Part shown: positions 27,989 through 39,364 of the stretch, in pieces
How positions within the stretch are numbered: the stretch's first letter is position 1
How the letters are laid out: every line of letters begins with the position of its first letter
Source of the DNA: an uncultured Rothia sp.
Lineage (GTDB): Bacteria > Actinomycetota > Actinomycetes > Actinomycetales > Micrococcaceae
Direction: 5' to 3'
Assembly (NCBI RefSeq): GCF_916715725.1
Contig: NZ_CAKAPD010000001.1
Coordinates: 175,835-239,834 of the forward strand
DNA: 64,000 nt
Made by a program: the position numbers and the translations under genes
The notes under the pieces: generated by a model
Seen by the model: only the letters and a program-made list of their open reading frames with translations
Database searches by the model: none
Told to the model about the DNA's origin: nothing

Positions 27989-29176
27989 TTAGCCGTTCAG
28001 GTTCACGCGGTGAATCTCAATGGTTGCACGTGCCGGCTTCTTAGCGGGCTTCTCGGTTGCGTTGTCCGCATCGGTCGCCTCGTCGGCAGAATCCGCAGAC
28101 TTCTCAGCCTTCTCAGACTTAGAGGATTCAGCGGACTCCTCCGAAGAGTCACCCTCAGCCTCGTCAGCATCCTCAGCGTCCTTGAAGCTGCCGCTCTCCA
28201 CCTTCGCGGTGTGCTCACGAATCTGAGCCTCACCCAAACGCAGCGAAGCATACAGCGGCGCAGACACGAACAGCGTACCGAACATGCCCACCAGAATACC
28301 CACGAACAGCGACAGGGACAGGTCCTGCAGAGTACCCGCACCCAGGATGAACGCACCAATAAACAGGATCGCGCCCACCGGCAGAACACCCACAATAGCG
28401 GTGTTAATCGAACGGACCAGGGTCTGGTTCACCGCCAGGTTAATCTGCTCGGCAAAGGTCGTGTCGCGGCGTTCCAGCACATCCTCGGTGTTCTCACGGA
28501 TCTTATCGAACACCACCACCGAGTCGTACAGCGAGTAGCTCAGAATCGTCAAGAAACCAATAATTGCACTCGGAGTGATCTCGAAGCCGAACGCGGCGTA
28601 CAGGCCAACCGTCACCACCACGGTGAAGAACAGGCCCGCAATAGACGCCAACGACATCTTCCAGGTGCGGAAGTAGAACGCCATACCAATCAGCGCAAGC
28701 ACCACAAACGCGATCAGACCCCAGAACGCCTGACGGGTCACATCCGCACCCCAGGTCGGGCCCACAAACGAGGAGGTCACGTCATTCTCAGAGACGCCGT
28801 ACGCCTCCTGCAGGGCCGCCTTCACCTGCAGAGTCTCATCATCGCTAAGCTTGCTCATCTGGGCACGAATCGTACCCGGCGCAATATTGGTCACGCGAAC
28901 ATCCGAAGCGTCCTTCGCCTTCTCGTGAATAATGCGCTCACCTGTAGCAGTATCAACGTGCGCGGTCTTCGAGACCACGAACTCCGAACCGCCACGGAAA
29001 TCAATACCCAGGTTGAAGCCGCCACCAACAGCCGGAATCAGAACCGAAACCGCCATCAGCACAGCTGCAAGCAGCAGCCACAGGCGGCGCTTACCCACGA
29101 AGGGGTACGAGCGGGCACCCGAATGCAGGTCATTACCGAAGCGGGCAAAAGCATTAGGTTTCACATCGGTAGCCAT
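27989..29176 (-). CDS. secF: protein translocase subunit SecF
   Basis: Six-TM SecF architecture. It sits directly downstream of secD. Confidence 0.9.
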   Translation of the reverse strand: MATDVKPNAFARFGNDLHSGARSYPFVGKRRLWLLLAAVLMAVSVLIPAVGGGFNLGIDFRGGSEFVVSKTAHVDTATGERIIHEKAKDASDVRVTNIAPGTIRAQMSKLSDDETLQVKAALQEAYGVSENDVTSSFVGPTWGADVTRQAFWGLIAFVVLALIGMAFYFRTWKMSLASIAGLFFTVVVTVGLYAAFGFEITPSAIIGFLTILSYSLYDSVVVFDKIRENTEDVLERRDTTFAEQINLAVNQTLVRSINTAIVGVLPVGAILFIGAFILGAGTLQDLSLSLFVGILVGMFGTLFVSAPLYASLRLGEAQIREHTAKVESGSFKDAEDADEAEGDSSEESAESSKSEKAEKSADSADEATDADNATEKPAKKPARATIEIHRVNLNG

Positions 29177-29178
29177 GC

Positions 29179-30864
29179 TTAGCTCTCCTTCTTCTCATCA
29201 GAAGCAGACTCGTCAGCGGCAGCACGCTCTGCACGGCGACGCTCAGCAATGCTCAGCTGCTTCTCCTCCGGGCTGCGGAGGCGACCGGCACCACGGTACA
29301 GCGGCGTAGCGCCCAGCGACTCAGGCGACAAGCCCGAGTGGCGGTGACCCTCACCGAAGTAGCGGGTATTCGCCAGCAGAGTCAGCATCGGGTGGGTGAA
29401 CAGGTACACGACCACAAGGTCAGCAATCGCAGTCAAACCAAGGGTGAACGCGAAGCCCTTCACCGAACCAACCGACACCACATACAGCACCACAGCGGCC
29501 AGCAGGTTCACAGCCTTCGACGCCAAAATAGTGCGGGATGCACGCTGCCAACCGTGGTTCACCGCCGACGGGATCGTGCGGCCCGCACGGATCTCATCAC
29601 GGATACGCTCAAAGTAGACGATGAACGAGTCAGCCGTAGCACCAATCGCCACAATCAGACCCGCCACACCAGCCAGGGACAGGCGGTAGTTCAACGCCCA
29701 ACCCAGCAGCGCAATCGCCTCATACGAAATAATGCCAGCCACAACCAGCGACATCATCGTGACAAAGCCCAGCAGACGGTACTGGAACAGCGAGTACACG
29801 AACACCAGCAGCAGACCAATCAGGCCAGTCAGAAGACCCACACGCAGCTGCTCCGAACCCAGGGTCGCAGAAATCTGCTGCTCCGACTGGATCGTGAAGC
29901 TAATCGGCAGGGCACCGTACTTGAGCTGGTCGGCGAGAGCCTTCGCCTCCTGCTCGGTGAAGTTACCGGTAATCTGCGGCTTACCGTCAGAAATCACAGC
30001 CTGCGACACCGGGGAAGACAGCACCTTGCCGTCCAGCAGAATCGCGAAGCGGGCACGCGCATCAGTTGCGTTCTGTGCACGAATCGCGTTCAGGCGAGAC
30101 GTAATGTTCTGGAACTTCTCACGAGCAGCATCGTTGAACTGAATGTTCACAGCCCAACGGCCCGTAGTCACGCCCTGACCGGTCGTCTCCTGCGAGTGGC
30201 TTGCGGTAGAAATATCGCTACCGCTCAGCTCCACAGGACCCAGAATGTACTTCTCCCGACCGTCAGTGGAACACGCCACCATCGGCTTAGTCGGGTCCGC
30301 ACTATCGGCGTCCTCATTACGTGCCGCGGTGCAGTCCTTCGCCTCATACTGCTTGTACAGGTCCGCAGTAATCCAGTTACGGTCAGAGCCGTCAGTCGGC
30401 TCCGCAGAGGGCTTGGGCAGCTTATCGTCCGCAGTGCGGGCATCCTCAGCCACCGCAGTACCGGCACCAGACAGCAGCACCGGGCGGAACGTCATATTTG
30501 CAGACGCCTGAATCAGCTGACGAGTCTCAGCGCTAATCGTTCCGGGAACCGAAACAACCACGTTATTACCCGAGCCGAAGGAGGTGGTAACCTCCGCCTC
30601 CGAAACGCCGGCACCATCAACGCGCTGACGAATAATCTCAACCGCCTGGTTCAACTGCTCCTGGGTGACGTTCCCATCCGAAGAGCCATTGACCTTCGGA
30701 GAAAGAATCATCTGAGTACCACCCGAAAGGTCCAGGGCGAGCTTCGGTGCCCAAGAACCTCCCGAGTAGGTGCTGCCAAAAATACCGGCAGCCATAACAA
30801 CCATGAGCAGGACCATCGAGAGGAGCGCCCCTCGCGCGGCTGCAAGCGGTGAACGCTTAGCCAT
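29179..30864 (-). CDS. secD: protein translocase subunit SecD
   Basis: 561 aa with an N-terminal TM, a periplasmic domain and a C-terminal six-TM bundle. Confidence 0.9.
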   Translation of the reverse strand: MAKRSPLAAARGALLSMVLLMVVMAAGIFGSTYSGGSWAPKLALDLSGGTQMILSPKVNGSSDGNVTQEQLNQAVEIIRQRVDGAGVSEAEVTTSFGSGNNVVVSVPGTISAETRQLIQASANMTFRPVLLSGAGTAVAEDARTADDKLPKPSAEPTDGSDRNWITADLYKQYEAKDCTAARNEDADSADPTKPMVACSTDGREKYILGPVELSGSDISTASHSQETTGQGVTTGRWAVNIQFNDAAREKFQNITSRLNAIRAQNATDARARFAILLDGKVLSSPVSQAVISDGKPQITGNFTEQEAKALADQLKYGALPISFTIQSEQQISATLGSEQLRVGLLTGLIGLLLVFVYSLFQYRLLGFVTMMSLVVAGIISYEAIALLGWALNYRLSLAGVAGLIVAIGATADSFIVYFERIRDEIRAGRTIPSAVNHGWQRASRTILASKAVNLLAAVVLYVVSVGSVKGFAFTLGLTAIADLVVVYLFTHPMLTLLANTRYFGEGHRHSGLSPESLGATPLYRGAGRLRSPEEKQLSIAERRRAERAAADESASDEKKES

Positions 30865-30962
30865 AATGTTCCTTCTTCGTATGAATAGTATTGAGTGTTC
30901 TACAGATTCCGTAACGCGAAAACCCGACGCCGCTCATGGGCGCCGGGCTCATACGCTCTGAA

Positions 30963-31322
30963 TTACTTGGCAGTATCAGAAGAGGTATCGGAAGCGGGAG
31001 CTTCGGATGCGGTAGCCTCGTACACGTCCTCGGTCAGGGGCGCTGCGGGGGCTTCATCCTCAACAAGGTTCAGAATCGCGTTCATGGACGCAGTAATCAC
31101 AACGCCCTCTGCGATCTGAAGCTGCAGCTTGTTGCTCTCAAGGTCAGTGCTGACAACGGTGCCATAGACGCCGGAAGCAGTCATCACCTGATCACCAGGG
31201 ACGAGCGCACGTCGCATTGCCTGCAGCTCCTCCATCTGCTTACGCTGACGCTTCTGCGCAGAGAACATCATCCATGCCAGCAGCGCCATCATGGCAATCA
31301 TAATCAGGAGGTTAAAATCCAT
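30963..31322 (-). CDS. yajC: preprotein translocase subunit YajC
   Basis: MDFNLLIMIAMMALLAWMMF…PGDQVMTASGVYGTV matches YajC. The internal start gives 119 aa. Confidence 0.8.
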   Translation of the reverse strand: MDFNLLIMIAMMALLAWMMFSAQKRQRKQMEELQAMRRALVPGDQVMTASGVYGTVVSTDLESNKLQLQIAEGVVITASMNAILNLVEDEAPAAPLTEDVYEATASEAPASDTSSDTAK

Positions 31323-31623
31323 GGTCTCACTTTCACATCCGCACCCGTGCCGCTCACCGCGAGGGTTGAGCGTACCAGAAGGTGTGGAATCGTAGATACA
31401 GTACGTATCCATCCTACGCGAGAGCTTGAGCTTTAGTGACCCGAACCAGCATTTTTGTGAGGTTAACCTGAGTTTTGGACTCTCTCGGCGTAATTTTCTG
31501 TCCCCAATGAAGCCCGGCAGCGCCTACAGAGAAGCCCGCGGGAGGCCGATACCTCCCACGGGCTACTACTGTGTCATCACCTGCTGTGTTATCAGCTGGT
31601 ACGGGTCTAGAGCTGAATCGGGC

Positions 31624-32727
31624 CTAGAGTTGAATTTCGGGTGCTTCCAAGCCGAGGTGCTCCCACGCCGCGGGCAGAGCCACACGACCGCGCGGAGTGC
31701 GACCAATCAGGCCCTCACGCACCAGGTACGGCTCGGCAACCGTCTCCACGGTCTCCGTCTCTTCACCCACCGCAATGGCGAGGGTAGACAGACCCACCGG
31801 GCCGCCGCCGAACTTGTGAATCAGCGCCTCCAGCACGGCGCGGTCCAGGCGGTCCAGGCCGCGCGAATCCACCTCGTACATATCCAGCGCGGTTGCGGCA
31901 TCGGTCGCATTGATGCGATCCACACCGTTCACCAGCGCCCAGTCACGCACACGGCGCAGCAGACGGTTCGCAATACGCGGCGTACCGCGGGAACGACCGG
32001 CAATCTCGGTGAAGCCCTCGGAGGTAATCTTCATGTCCATCAGGCCCGCGCTACGGCGAAGCACCAGCTCAAGCTCCTCCACCGAGTAGAACTCCAGGTG
32101 ACCGGTAAATCCGAAGCGGTCACGCAGAGGGCCGGGCAACAGACCCGCACGGGTCGTCGCACCGACCAGGGTGAACTGCGGCAGCTCCAACGGAATGGAG
32201 GTCGCACCCGCGCCCTTACCGACCACAATGTCCACACGGAAATCTTCCATCGCCATGTAGAGCATTTCCTCAGCCGGGCGGCTCATACGGTGAATCTCAT
32301 CCAGGAACAACACCTCACCGGGAGTCAGCGAAGACAGAATCGCCGCCAAATCACCCGAATGCTGAATCGCCGGGCCGGAGGTGATGCGCAGCGGCGCCTC
32401 CATCTCTGCCGCAATAATCATTGCGAGAGTGGTCTTACCCAGACCGGGAGGGCCCGACAGCAGCACATGGTCGGCACTACGGCCACGCATCTTCGAAGCC
32501 TCCAGCACCAGGGACAGCTGCTGACGCACACGGCGCTGACCCACAAAGTCATCCAGGGACTTAGGGCGCAGTGCCGCCTCAATCATCTTCTCTTCAGGCT
32601 CTTCTTCCATCGCCACCAGGCGCTGGGCGGGAGCTGAAGACGCCTGAGTGCCGGGCACCTGACCGGGAAAATACCCGCCGGAAACCAGGGACGCCGCGGG
32701 CTGCGGCTCATAGGGATTCTGGCTCAT
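31624..32727 (-). CDS. ruvB: Holliday junction branch migration ATPase RuvB
   Basis: Walker A motif GPPGLGKTT and RuvB helicase domains. Confidence 0.95.
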   Translation of the reverse strand: MSQNPYEPQPAASLVSGGYFPGQVPGTQASSAPAQRLVAMEEEPEEKMIEAALRPKSLDDFVGQRRVRQQLSLVLEASKMRGRSADHVLLSGPPGLGKTTLAMIIAAEMEAPLRITSGPAIQHSGDLAAILSSLTPGEVLFLDEIHRMSRPAEEMLYMAMEDFRVDIVVGKGAGATSIPLELPQFTLVGATTRAGLLPGPLRDRFGFTGHLEFYSVEELELVLRRSAGLMDMKITSEGFTEIAGRSRGTPRIANRLLRRVRDWALVNGVDRINATDAATALDMYEVDSRGLDRLDRAVLEALIHKFGGGPVGLSTLAIAVGEETETVETVAEPYLVREGLIGRTPRGRVALPAAWEHLGLEAPEIQL

Positions 32728-32781
32728 AGAATTCTTCTTTCACAAAAGTTTGAGTGGGATACATCGAACAGGGCGCGCCGC

Positions 32782-33402
32782 TTAGTGGCGGCCCACCGTG
32801 TTCTGAGTACCCAAGGAGGCGAGCACACCGCGCAGAGCCACACCCACCGGCTCAGTCTCTGCGGCAGGGTTGTGCTGCACGTAAGCGTCAATAGCGGCGG
32901 AAGCGTCCTTCTCGCTCCAGCCCAGAGAGGTGAGAGCGTCAAGCACCTGCGGCTTCCAGACAATGCCCTGGCTCAGCGGCAGCTCATCGGTCTGACCATC
33001 GCTGAGAATCAGCTTGCCGGCCAGCTCCAGCACAATACGGCGGGCACCCTTCGGGCCAATACCGGGAACCTTCGTGAACGCCTTATCATCACCAGTCGCC
33101 ACGGCGCGCTCCACCTCAGAAGCGGTGTGAACGCTCAACACCGCCAGCGCAATACGCGGACCAATACCGGAAACCGAAAGCATCATATCGAACACTTCAC
33201 GCTCGGCAGGCTCCGAAAAACCGTACAGAGTCATCGACTCTTCACGCACAATCATGGTGGTCAGCACGGTAGCTTCCTCACCGGTGCGCAGCTTGGAGAG
33301 AGTACGCGCGGTAGCGTACACAAGCATGCCGAAACCGTTCACGTTAATCACCGCATGATCAAGGCCCACCTGAGCCACACGACCGGTCAGGGATGCAATC
33401 AT
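32782..33402 (-). CDS. ruvA: Holliday junction DNA helicase subunit RuvA
   Basis: MIASLTGRV… N-terminus with an AGGTGGAG SD. About 206 aa. Confidence 0.9.
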   Translation of the reverse strand: MIASLTGRVAQVGLDHAVINVNGFGMLVYATARTLSKLRTGEEATVLTTMIVREESMTLYGFSEPAEREVFDMMLSVSGIGPRIALAVLSVHTASEVERAVATGDDKAFTKVPGIGPKGARRIVLELAGKLILSDGQTDELPLSQGIVWKPQVLDALTSLGWSEKDASAAIDAYVQHNPAAETEPVGVALRGVLASLGTQNTVGRH

Positions 33403-33632
33403 TTCTCTCCACCTTTCAACACCGCGCCCCGAATCGGACTCGCGGCAGTGTGAGGGCACCGGGAACTCCGGCACCCACAGAACGCACTCCCCCAGTTCAA
33501 CGGGGAGACACTACAAGTATATTAGAATATTTCTTCTGAAATCAAGCATATATTCGAACTTCTTAGCGAATACACGCGAGCGCGCAGAAGGCGGCACACA
33601 GGCCCACGAAGGCACCTCTAGCGGCGGCATCT

Positions 33633-34232
33633 CTAGCGGCGAGCGCGTGCCTCCGCGTCCATCCAGGCACGCTGCGCCGGAGTCAACGACCCACCACGGC
33701 GAGCCTTTGCCGGGCGTGAACCCTGGTGAGTCTGCGTCTGAGCGGACATATTAATGCCCGAACCGATACCGCCGCCACGCCAGCCGTGACAGATCGCAAT
33801 CGCCAGGGCATCGGCAGCATCGGCGGGCTTCGGCATGGATTCCAGCCCCAAAATGCGGGTCACCATGCGACCCACGGACGCCTTATCGGCCCGGCCGCTA
33901 CCGGTCACCGCCGCCTTCACCTCCGAGGGGGTATGGAAGAACACCGGCACGCTGCGCATCGCCGCAGCAGAAATCACCGCGCCCGAAGCGTGCGCCGTAC
34001 CAATCACCGTGTTCACCTGCTCCTGCGCGAAGATACGCTCAATTGCCAGGGCATCCGGCTTGTAGGTATCCAGCCAGTGGGAGGCGGCGTTGAAAATCCA
34101 GAGAATACGCTGGTCCAGGGACTCTGCCGGGATCGTGCCGGCAACACCCACGTTCACGAAGTGCGCCTTACGGTCGGCGGTCATATCGAGCATGGAGAAG
34201 CCGCAGCGGGTCAGACCCGGGTCAACACCCAT
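33633..34232 (-). CDS. ruvC: crossover junction endodeoxyribonuclease RuvC (start uncertain; ORF open to 34340)
   Basis: [16 protein letters not shown]… aligns to the RuvC N-terminus ([14 protein letters not shown] in mycobacteria). Confidence 0.8.
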   Translation of the reverse strand: MGVDPGLTRCGFSMLDMTADRKAHFVNVGVAGTIPAESLDQRILWIFNAASHWLDTYKPDALAIERIFAQEQVNTVIGTAHASGAVISAAAMRSVPVFFHTPSEVKAAVTGSGRADKASVGRMVTRILGLESMPKPADAADALAIAICHGWRGGGIGSGINMSAQTQTHQGSRPAKARRGGSLTPAQRAWMDAEARARR

Positions 34233-34602
34233 GATGCGGGTTGCACCCGGCACACGCTCCACGGCGGCGGCGGTACGGTTCTCACGCATGCTATCGCGTG
34301 CGGCAGGTTGAGCGGCGGCCATCATCTCCCCTTTCGACAAACTCCCTATAGAATCTCTAGATTCTAGCCCTTCAGAATCCTAGCACCCGGCACCGGGGCG
34401 TGCCACGAGCACGGTCGCTACAAGAGCAGTCACCACACGCACGGTCACCGCGTGAACAGTCACCGCGCGTCCCGCGAAAAGTACCCAGCGCCTTCCCAAA
34501 ATGCAGCCAAGACGCTAAGAAGCCACTCCCCCAACCGGCCACCCTACGGCGGCTCGGTTAAAGGAGCGGCTTCTTCAAGCATCAGATATCAGAATCCGAG
34601 GA

Positions 34603-35361
34603 TTACTCAGCTTCCAGCTCTGCCATAACCTCGTCAGAGACGTTAGCGTTCGAGTAGACGTTCTGAACGTCGTCGAGCTCTTCAATAGCGTCTGCCAGCT
34701 TCATGAACTTCTTAGCACCCTCAGCGTCCAGGTCAACCTGCATGGTCGGGCGGAAGACCGGGTCGTCGTTGTTGTACTCCAGGCCAGCCTCGTCCAGTGC
34801 CTTACGGATCTCGGGCAGGTCGGTCGCTGCGGAAACAACGGTGAAGATATCGCCCTCGTCCAGAACCTCTTCAGCGCCTGCATCCAGAACAGCCATCAGA
34901 ACGTCGTCCTCGGTCAGGCCGTCAGTCTTGGTGACCTCAGCAACGCCCTTACGCTCGAACAAGAACGCAACCGAACCCTGGTCAGCCATGGTGCCGCCGT
35001 TACGGGTCACAGCCAGGCGAACCTCAGACGCTGCACGGTTACGGTTATCGGTCAGACACTCAATGTACAGAGCGGTACCCTGCGGGCCGCGTGCTTCGTA
35101 CATGATTTCGGTGTAGTCAATGGTCTCACCGGTCAGGCCAGCGCCACGCTTGATTGCGCGGTCAATGTTGTCGTTAGGAACGGAGTTCTTCTTCGCCTTC
35201 GACACAGCCAGGTCAAGAGCGGGGTTACCAGCAATATCAGCGCCGCCCATACGTGCTGCAACTTCAATTGCCTTAATGAACTTCGCGAAAGCCTTCGCGC
35301 GCTTAGCGTCGATAGCAGCCTTCTTGTGCTTAGTAGTCGCCCATTTAGAGTGACCGGACAT
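34603..35361 (-). CDS. yebC: YebC/PmpR family DNA-binding transcriptional regulator
   Basis: [23 protein letters not shown]… is the canonical YebC N-terminus. Confidence 0.9.
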   Translation of the reverse strand: MSGHSKWATTKHKKAAIDAKRAKAFAKFIKAIEVAARMGGADIAGNPALDLAVSKAKKNSVPNDNIDRAIKRGAGLTGETIDYTEIMYEARGPQGTALYIECLTDNRNRAASEVRLAVTRNGGTMADQGSVAFLFERKGVAEVTKTDGLTEDDVLMAVLDAGAEEVLDEGDIFTVVSAATDLPEIRKALDEAGLEYNNDDPVFRPTMQVDLDAEGAKKFMKLADAIEELDDVQNVYSNANVSDEVMAELEAE

Positions 35362-35493
35362 TCGTATCTCCCTTAGTCAAAACCTCCGTGCGGGCACGGC
35401 GAAACGTCCCACGCACCGTACTGTACTCACATAACTATACCGTAGCGGAGGCGCACACCACCTCAGAAAGTGCACGCCACCGCCAGGAATAGG

Positions 35494-36261
35494 CTAGCGG
35501 GGGCGAGACGCGGCCGAAGCGCGCGCCTTCTCCACCAGCGAGTCGTCAATCGTGTTCGGCGTGAACTCGCCAAACTTACGCTGAGCCGCCTGCTCAATCA
35601 GGTAATCCGAAATCTTCGGGTTCTTCGGCAGCAGCGAACCGTGCAGGTAGGTGCCAATCACGTTGTGCACGCGCGCACCCTCATACGCATCAGTCACGTT
35701 GTTGCCCTCACCCTTGGTGACGGTAGCCAGCGGGGTGCAGCCGGAACCCAGGTAAGTCAGGCCCGAGTGGTTCTCAAAACCAATCACAGTGCCAAACTCC
35801 TCAGACTCCTCAACAATGTTGCCGATCAGGCGGTCATCGCCGCCGACCGTGTGCGCATCAAAAATGCCGATACCCTTCAGCACCTCACCCTCACGGGTGC
35901 GGAATTCCTTGCCGAACAGCTGGTACAGGCCACAAATGACGAGCATCGGCACGCCAGCCTCAGCCAGCGAGCGCAGCGTGTCACCATTAGCGTGCAGGTC
36001 GTCCTGAATCACGGACTGACCCGAGTCCTGACCGCCGCCACCCAGAATAATGTCAACATCTTCCGGGAAAGGCTGACCGGGGTTGTGGTCCAGAATCTGC
36101 ACGTCAAAGCCGTGCGCCTGCGCGCGACGAGCCAACGCCAGGGTGTTGCCCCAGTCGCCGTAAATGTTCATGTCGAGCGGGTACAGCTGCAGAATACGCA
36201 GAGTCTTACCGTTATTGGGGCCGGAGGCGGGGGTGCCCTCAAAAGTGTGAGTTGCCGTCAT
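35494..36261 (-). CDS. gatD: lipid II isoglutaminyl synthase, glutaminase subunit GatD (CobQ-type glutamine amidotransferase)
   Basis: Class I glutamine amidotransferase (GATase1) fold with the catalytic Cys in ICGLYQLFG. It overlaps murT by one nt. Confidence 0.8.
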   Translation of the reverse strand: MTATHTFEGTPASGPNNGKTLRILQLYPLDMNIYGDWGNTLALARRAQAHGFDVQILDHNPGQPFPEDVDIILGGGGQDSGQSVIQDDLHANGDTLRSLAEAGVPMLVICGLYQLFGKEFRTREGEVLKGIGIFDAHTVGGDDRLIGNIVEESEEFGTVIGFENHSGLTYLGSGCTPLATVTKGEGNNVTDAYEGARVHNVIGTYLHGSLLPKNPKISDYLIEQAAQRKFGEFTPNTIDDSLVEKARASAASRPR

Positions 36262-37544
36262 TAGGAGACCCTCTCAACGTCAGTGATCTTTGCGAGCTCT
36301 TCACGCAGAGCCAGCATTGCGGTGTAGGTGCAGAAAATACGCATGGGCGCGTTACCGCTGGAGGCAATGAAGCCCTTGAGCGCGTCGGCGAGGTTCTCGT
36401 TGACCTCGTCAACCTTCACGCCGTCATGCTCCAGGCGCAGCGCCATATCCCAGGCACGCACACCCGAAACCATCTGCACGCCGGTCTTCTTCAAGCTGTC
36501 GAAGTCAACATCCCACAGCCAGGACACGTCACGGCCGTCAGCGTACTGGTCGTTAATCGTGATCATGGTGGCGTAGTCGTCAGCGTTCGCGCTCGCCAGG
36601 GACAGGCGGAAACCGCTCGGGTTCTTCACCAGCAGCAGCTGCAGCGGGCGGCCGTTCACGTTCAGGGTCTCACCGCGACCGAAGGCGGGGGTGATCTTCG
36701 CCAGCTCCGCGATGAGCTTATCTTCGTTGAGCTTCTCGCCCATGACGGCGCGGGTCAGCGCCATAGCGCCAGCCGCGTTGAAGATGTTGTAAATGCCGTA
36801 GAGGTTGATTTCGCCGACTCGCTCCACACCCGCCAGGTCGAAGGTTGCGGAGGTGCCGGAGAACGCGGTCAGGGTGACGTCAGCCTCGGGCAGGGTCGCC
36901 TTCGCGACGGTGCCGCCGCGCATCTCATCATCCGAGGGGAAGTACGAGCGCAGGGACTCATCCAGACCGTAGTACTTGACGGTCACGCCAGGCTGCACGT
37001 TCTCAGCGAGGGAGCGGATGCGCGGGTCCTCACGGTTGAGCACCACGGTACCGGTCGTTGCGGAGGCGACGGTCGCCAGCATGCGGCGGGTCGTGTCAAT
37101 CTCACCGAAGCGGTCTAGCTGGTCACGCAGAACGTTCAGCAGCAGTGCGTAGTCGGGCTTGACGGCCTTGACGAAGTGCACGGCGTGCGCCTCGTCCAGC
37201 TCAAGCACAGCGATATCAGCGTCAAGCTTGCCGCCGAGGGTCATCTCGCCCAGCAGTGCCGCGGCAACACCGCGCACAAAGTTCGAACCGGTGCGGTTAG
37301 TGAAAACCTTCAGACCCTGAGCTTCAAGCAGCTGCACAGCCATCTTCGTGGTGGTGGTCTTACCGTTCGTACCGGAGACAACAACCACGCCGTAGGGCAG
37401 CTTCGCGAGCTCTTCAGCGACGAAGTCGGGGTGCAATTTTTCCATGACAAGGCCGGGGAAGGCGGAGCCGCCGCCGCGAAGCTTAGTCGCGGCGCGTACG
37501 CCCTGGCCGAGAAGACGAATGAGGGGTTTGGACATGCTTACCAT
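36261..37544 (-). CDS. murT: lipid II isoglutaminyl synthase MurT (Mur ligase family)
   Basis: Mur-ligase P-loop VSGTNGKTTTTKM plus a C-terminal DUF1727-like region. Confidence 0.85.
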   Translation of the reverse strand: MVSMSKPLIRLLGQGVRAATKLRGGGSAFPGLVMEKLHPDFVAEELAKLPYGVVVVSGTNGKTTTTKMAVQLLEAQGLKVFTNRTGSNFVRGVAAALLGEMTLGGKLDADIAVLELDEAHAVHFVKAVKPDYALLLNVLRDQLDRFGEIDTTRRMLATVASATTGTVVLNREDPRIRSLAENVQPGVTVKYYGLDESLRSYFPSDDEMRGGTVAKATLPEADVTLTAFSGTSATFDLAGVERVGEINLYGIYNIFNAAGAMALTRAVMGEKLNEDKLIAELAKITPAFGRGETLNVNGRPLQLLLVKNPSGFRLSLASANADDYATMITINDQYADGRDVSWLWDVDFDSLKKTGVQMVSGVRAWDMALRLEHDGVKVDEVNENLADALKGFIASSGNAPMRIFCTYTAMLALREELAKITDVERVS

Positions 37545-37698
37545 TTTAGTACACGCACGCCAGCGGCTGAATGGTCCGCCGGGCTCGTTCGCTCATGCCG
37601 GACGGGGCGGGGTTACTGGGGTTTTTGTACGGGGGTGCTGGGGTTTTGGTTCAGGGGGTTTGGTGCAGGGCTCCGGCTAGGGCGAAGCGCCGGGGGTA

Positions 37699-38847
37699 TT
37701 AGAACAGAGAACCCTGTACCCTCACCCGCGTGAACTCCTGCGCCGGCTCCACCAGCACATTCCGCCACGCGGCAGTATTCACCAGGAACGCCGCGTCAGC
37801 ATCGCCGGTGTGGGCGCTCAAAAACTGACCCGCCGCACCCGTGCAGAAGAAACCAGCCACCCCGCTCTCCAAACCGGATTCACACGGCGCCAGCGGTTCG
37901 GGCGATTGCGCGCGCAGAGCCGCGTATGGGCGGTTCATGGCGAGCGACGGAATCCACGGCTCATCCAGGGCGGTGAGCGGCACCTCCGGGTCGGTGCGCG
38001 CCAGTTCGGCGAGCGCTTCGCGGGCGCGGGCGACCGCCTCCTGATGTGCAACACGAAGCTGCGCGCCGGGCAGCGGGTTCGTCCAGGCGCGGTACTTGCT
38101 CGCCACCTGCTTGACCTGCGGAATCTTCGCGAGGGCGGTCACAGCGTCTTCGGCGCGGCGAATGGCAAGGCCGTCGGGTGCGAGCGCAATGTAGGTGGCG
38201 GTGGCGACCGCCTGCTCATCCAGGCGGCGCGGGGTCGAATGCAGGGAGCTCGTACCAACCTTGTGCGTGCCGTCCGGGAAGGTCGCGATGTAGAGGCGGT
38301 GCTCCAGCATTGCGTAGGCGCGCATGGATTCGGTGAGCGTTCCGGGGTACAGGTGCGCGCTGTGCAGGGCGGTAAATTCGTCGCGGGCGGTGCAGCGCGG
38401 GCACTGCTGGCCACGCTGGATGCGGGTGCCTTCGGGGCAGGGTACGCGGCGGATTCCCGCGGATTCGGGGGCGGCGTCATTGCTCATGCCGGTGGTGTAT
38501 CCGGCGCAGTAGCGGTAGAGTTCCCCCTCGCTATCGCGCGGAATACGCAACCCCAGGTAGGCGCCGGGGGTCAACGGAATCTGGATGCGAACCCCGCTCG
38601 GAACGCCAGGCTGCGCGGGGCTGCTTCCCTGGATAGGGACGCTCTCCCCCGCCGCTTGAGATGCCCGGTTATGAGCTCCTTCAGCACCCCCGCCGGGCAC
38701 GACCGGTTCCACCTCAATGAGCGGGCGGCGGTTGGACCAGCGGATCTGCCTCCAGATGAGCAGCTGCGGCGCGCCTGCAGAATCACCAGCGGCGGGCGCA
38801 GCAGCAAACTCATCGAAAGCAGTCTCAAGCAGGTTGGGGTAGTCCAT
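37699..38847 (-). CDS. conserved Cys-rich hypothetical protein (DUF2797-like), internal start MDYPNLLETAF
   Basis: CPEG…CPRC motifs. The ORF is open to 39036; I chose the ATG at 38847. Confidence 0.5.
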   Translation of the reverse strand: MDYPNLLETAFDEFAAAPAAGDSAGAPQLLIWRQIRWSNRRPLIEVEPVVPGGGAEGAHNRASQAAGESVPIQGSSPAQPGVPSGVRIQIPLTPGAYLGLRIPRDSEGELYRYCAGYTTGMSNDAAPESAGIRRVPCPEGTRIQRGQQCPRCTARDEFTALHSAHLYPGTLTESMRAYAMLEHRLYIATFPDGTHKVGTSSLHSTPRRLDEQAVATATYIALAPDGLAIRRAEDAVTALAKIPQVKQVASKYRAWTNPLPGAQLRVAHQEAVARAREALAELARTDPEVPLTALDEPWIPSLAMNRPYAALRAQSPEPLAPCESGLESGVAGFFCTGAAGQFLSAHTGDADAAFLVNTAAWRNVLVEPAQEFTRVRVQGSLF

Positions 38848-39364
38848 AGCATTCCACTCTAGCGGGTCTGGCGGGTTCTTTCTCGCGGGTTCTTTCTCGC
38901 GGGGTGCGGTGCATCCGGGTATCGAACCATTGGCGGCGCATCTAAGCGTTCGATACAGGCGCACATCCTCGGAAAGCAAAAGAGGCCAGCGTCCTTCACG
39001 CTGATCCGCACCCCCGCAGTGTTGCCGTGCGTTCACGCACGGCGGGGTGGGTTCTCAGCTGAGGCGCTGACCTCTGTGGTTGAGGCAGGGCGCTTACCCT
39101 GCCAAGCCCGAAAGCGATCGGTGACCGCTATTTTTCGGTGAGCTATGCGGTGTTCATGGAAGCCGGAAGCTTCCCCGCAGCGTCGCTGCATTTAAAACTT
39201 TGCCATATCCAATGGACATAACATCATTCAAATACGCATCGACTGCCTAATCTGCGCATTTATGACGCAGAATTTCTATGCACTAGCTGGCAAATTGAAG
39301 CAATTAGTGCAAAATTTCAAAATCACCAAGCCACCCAGACTATCTGACGGATGATCCACGCCAT

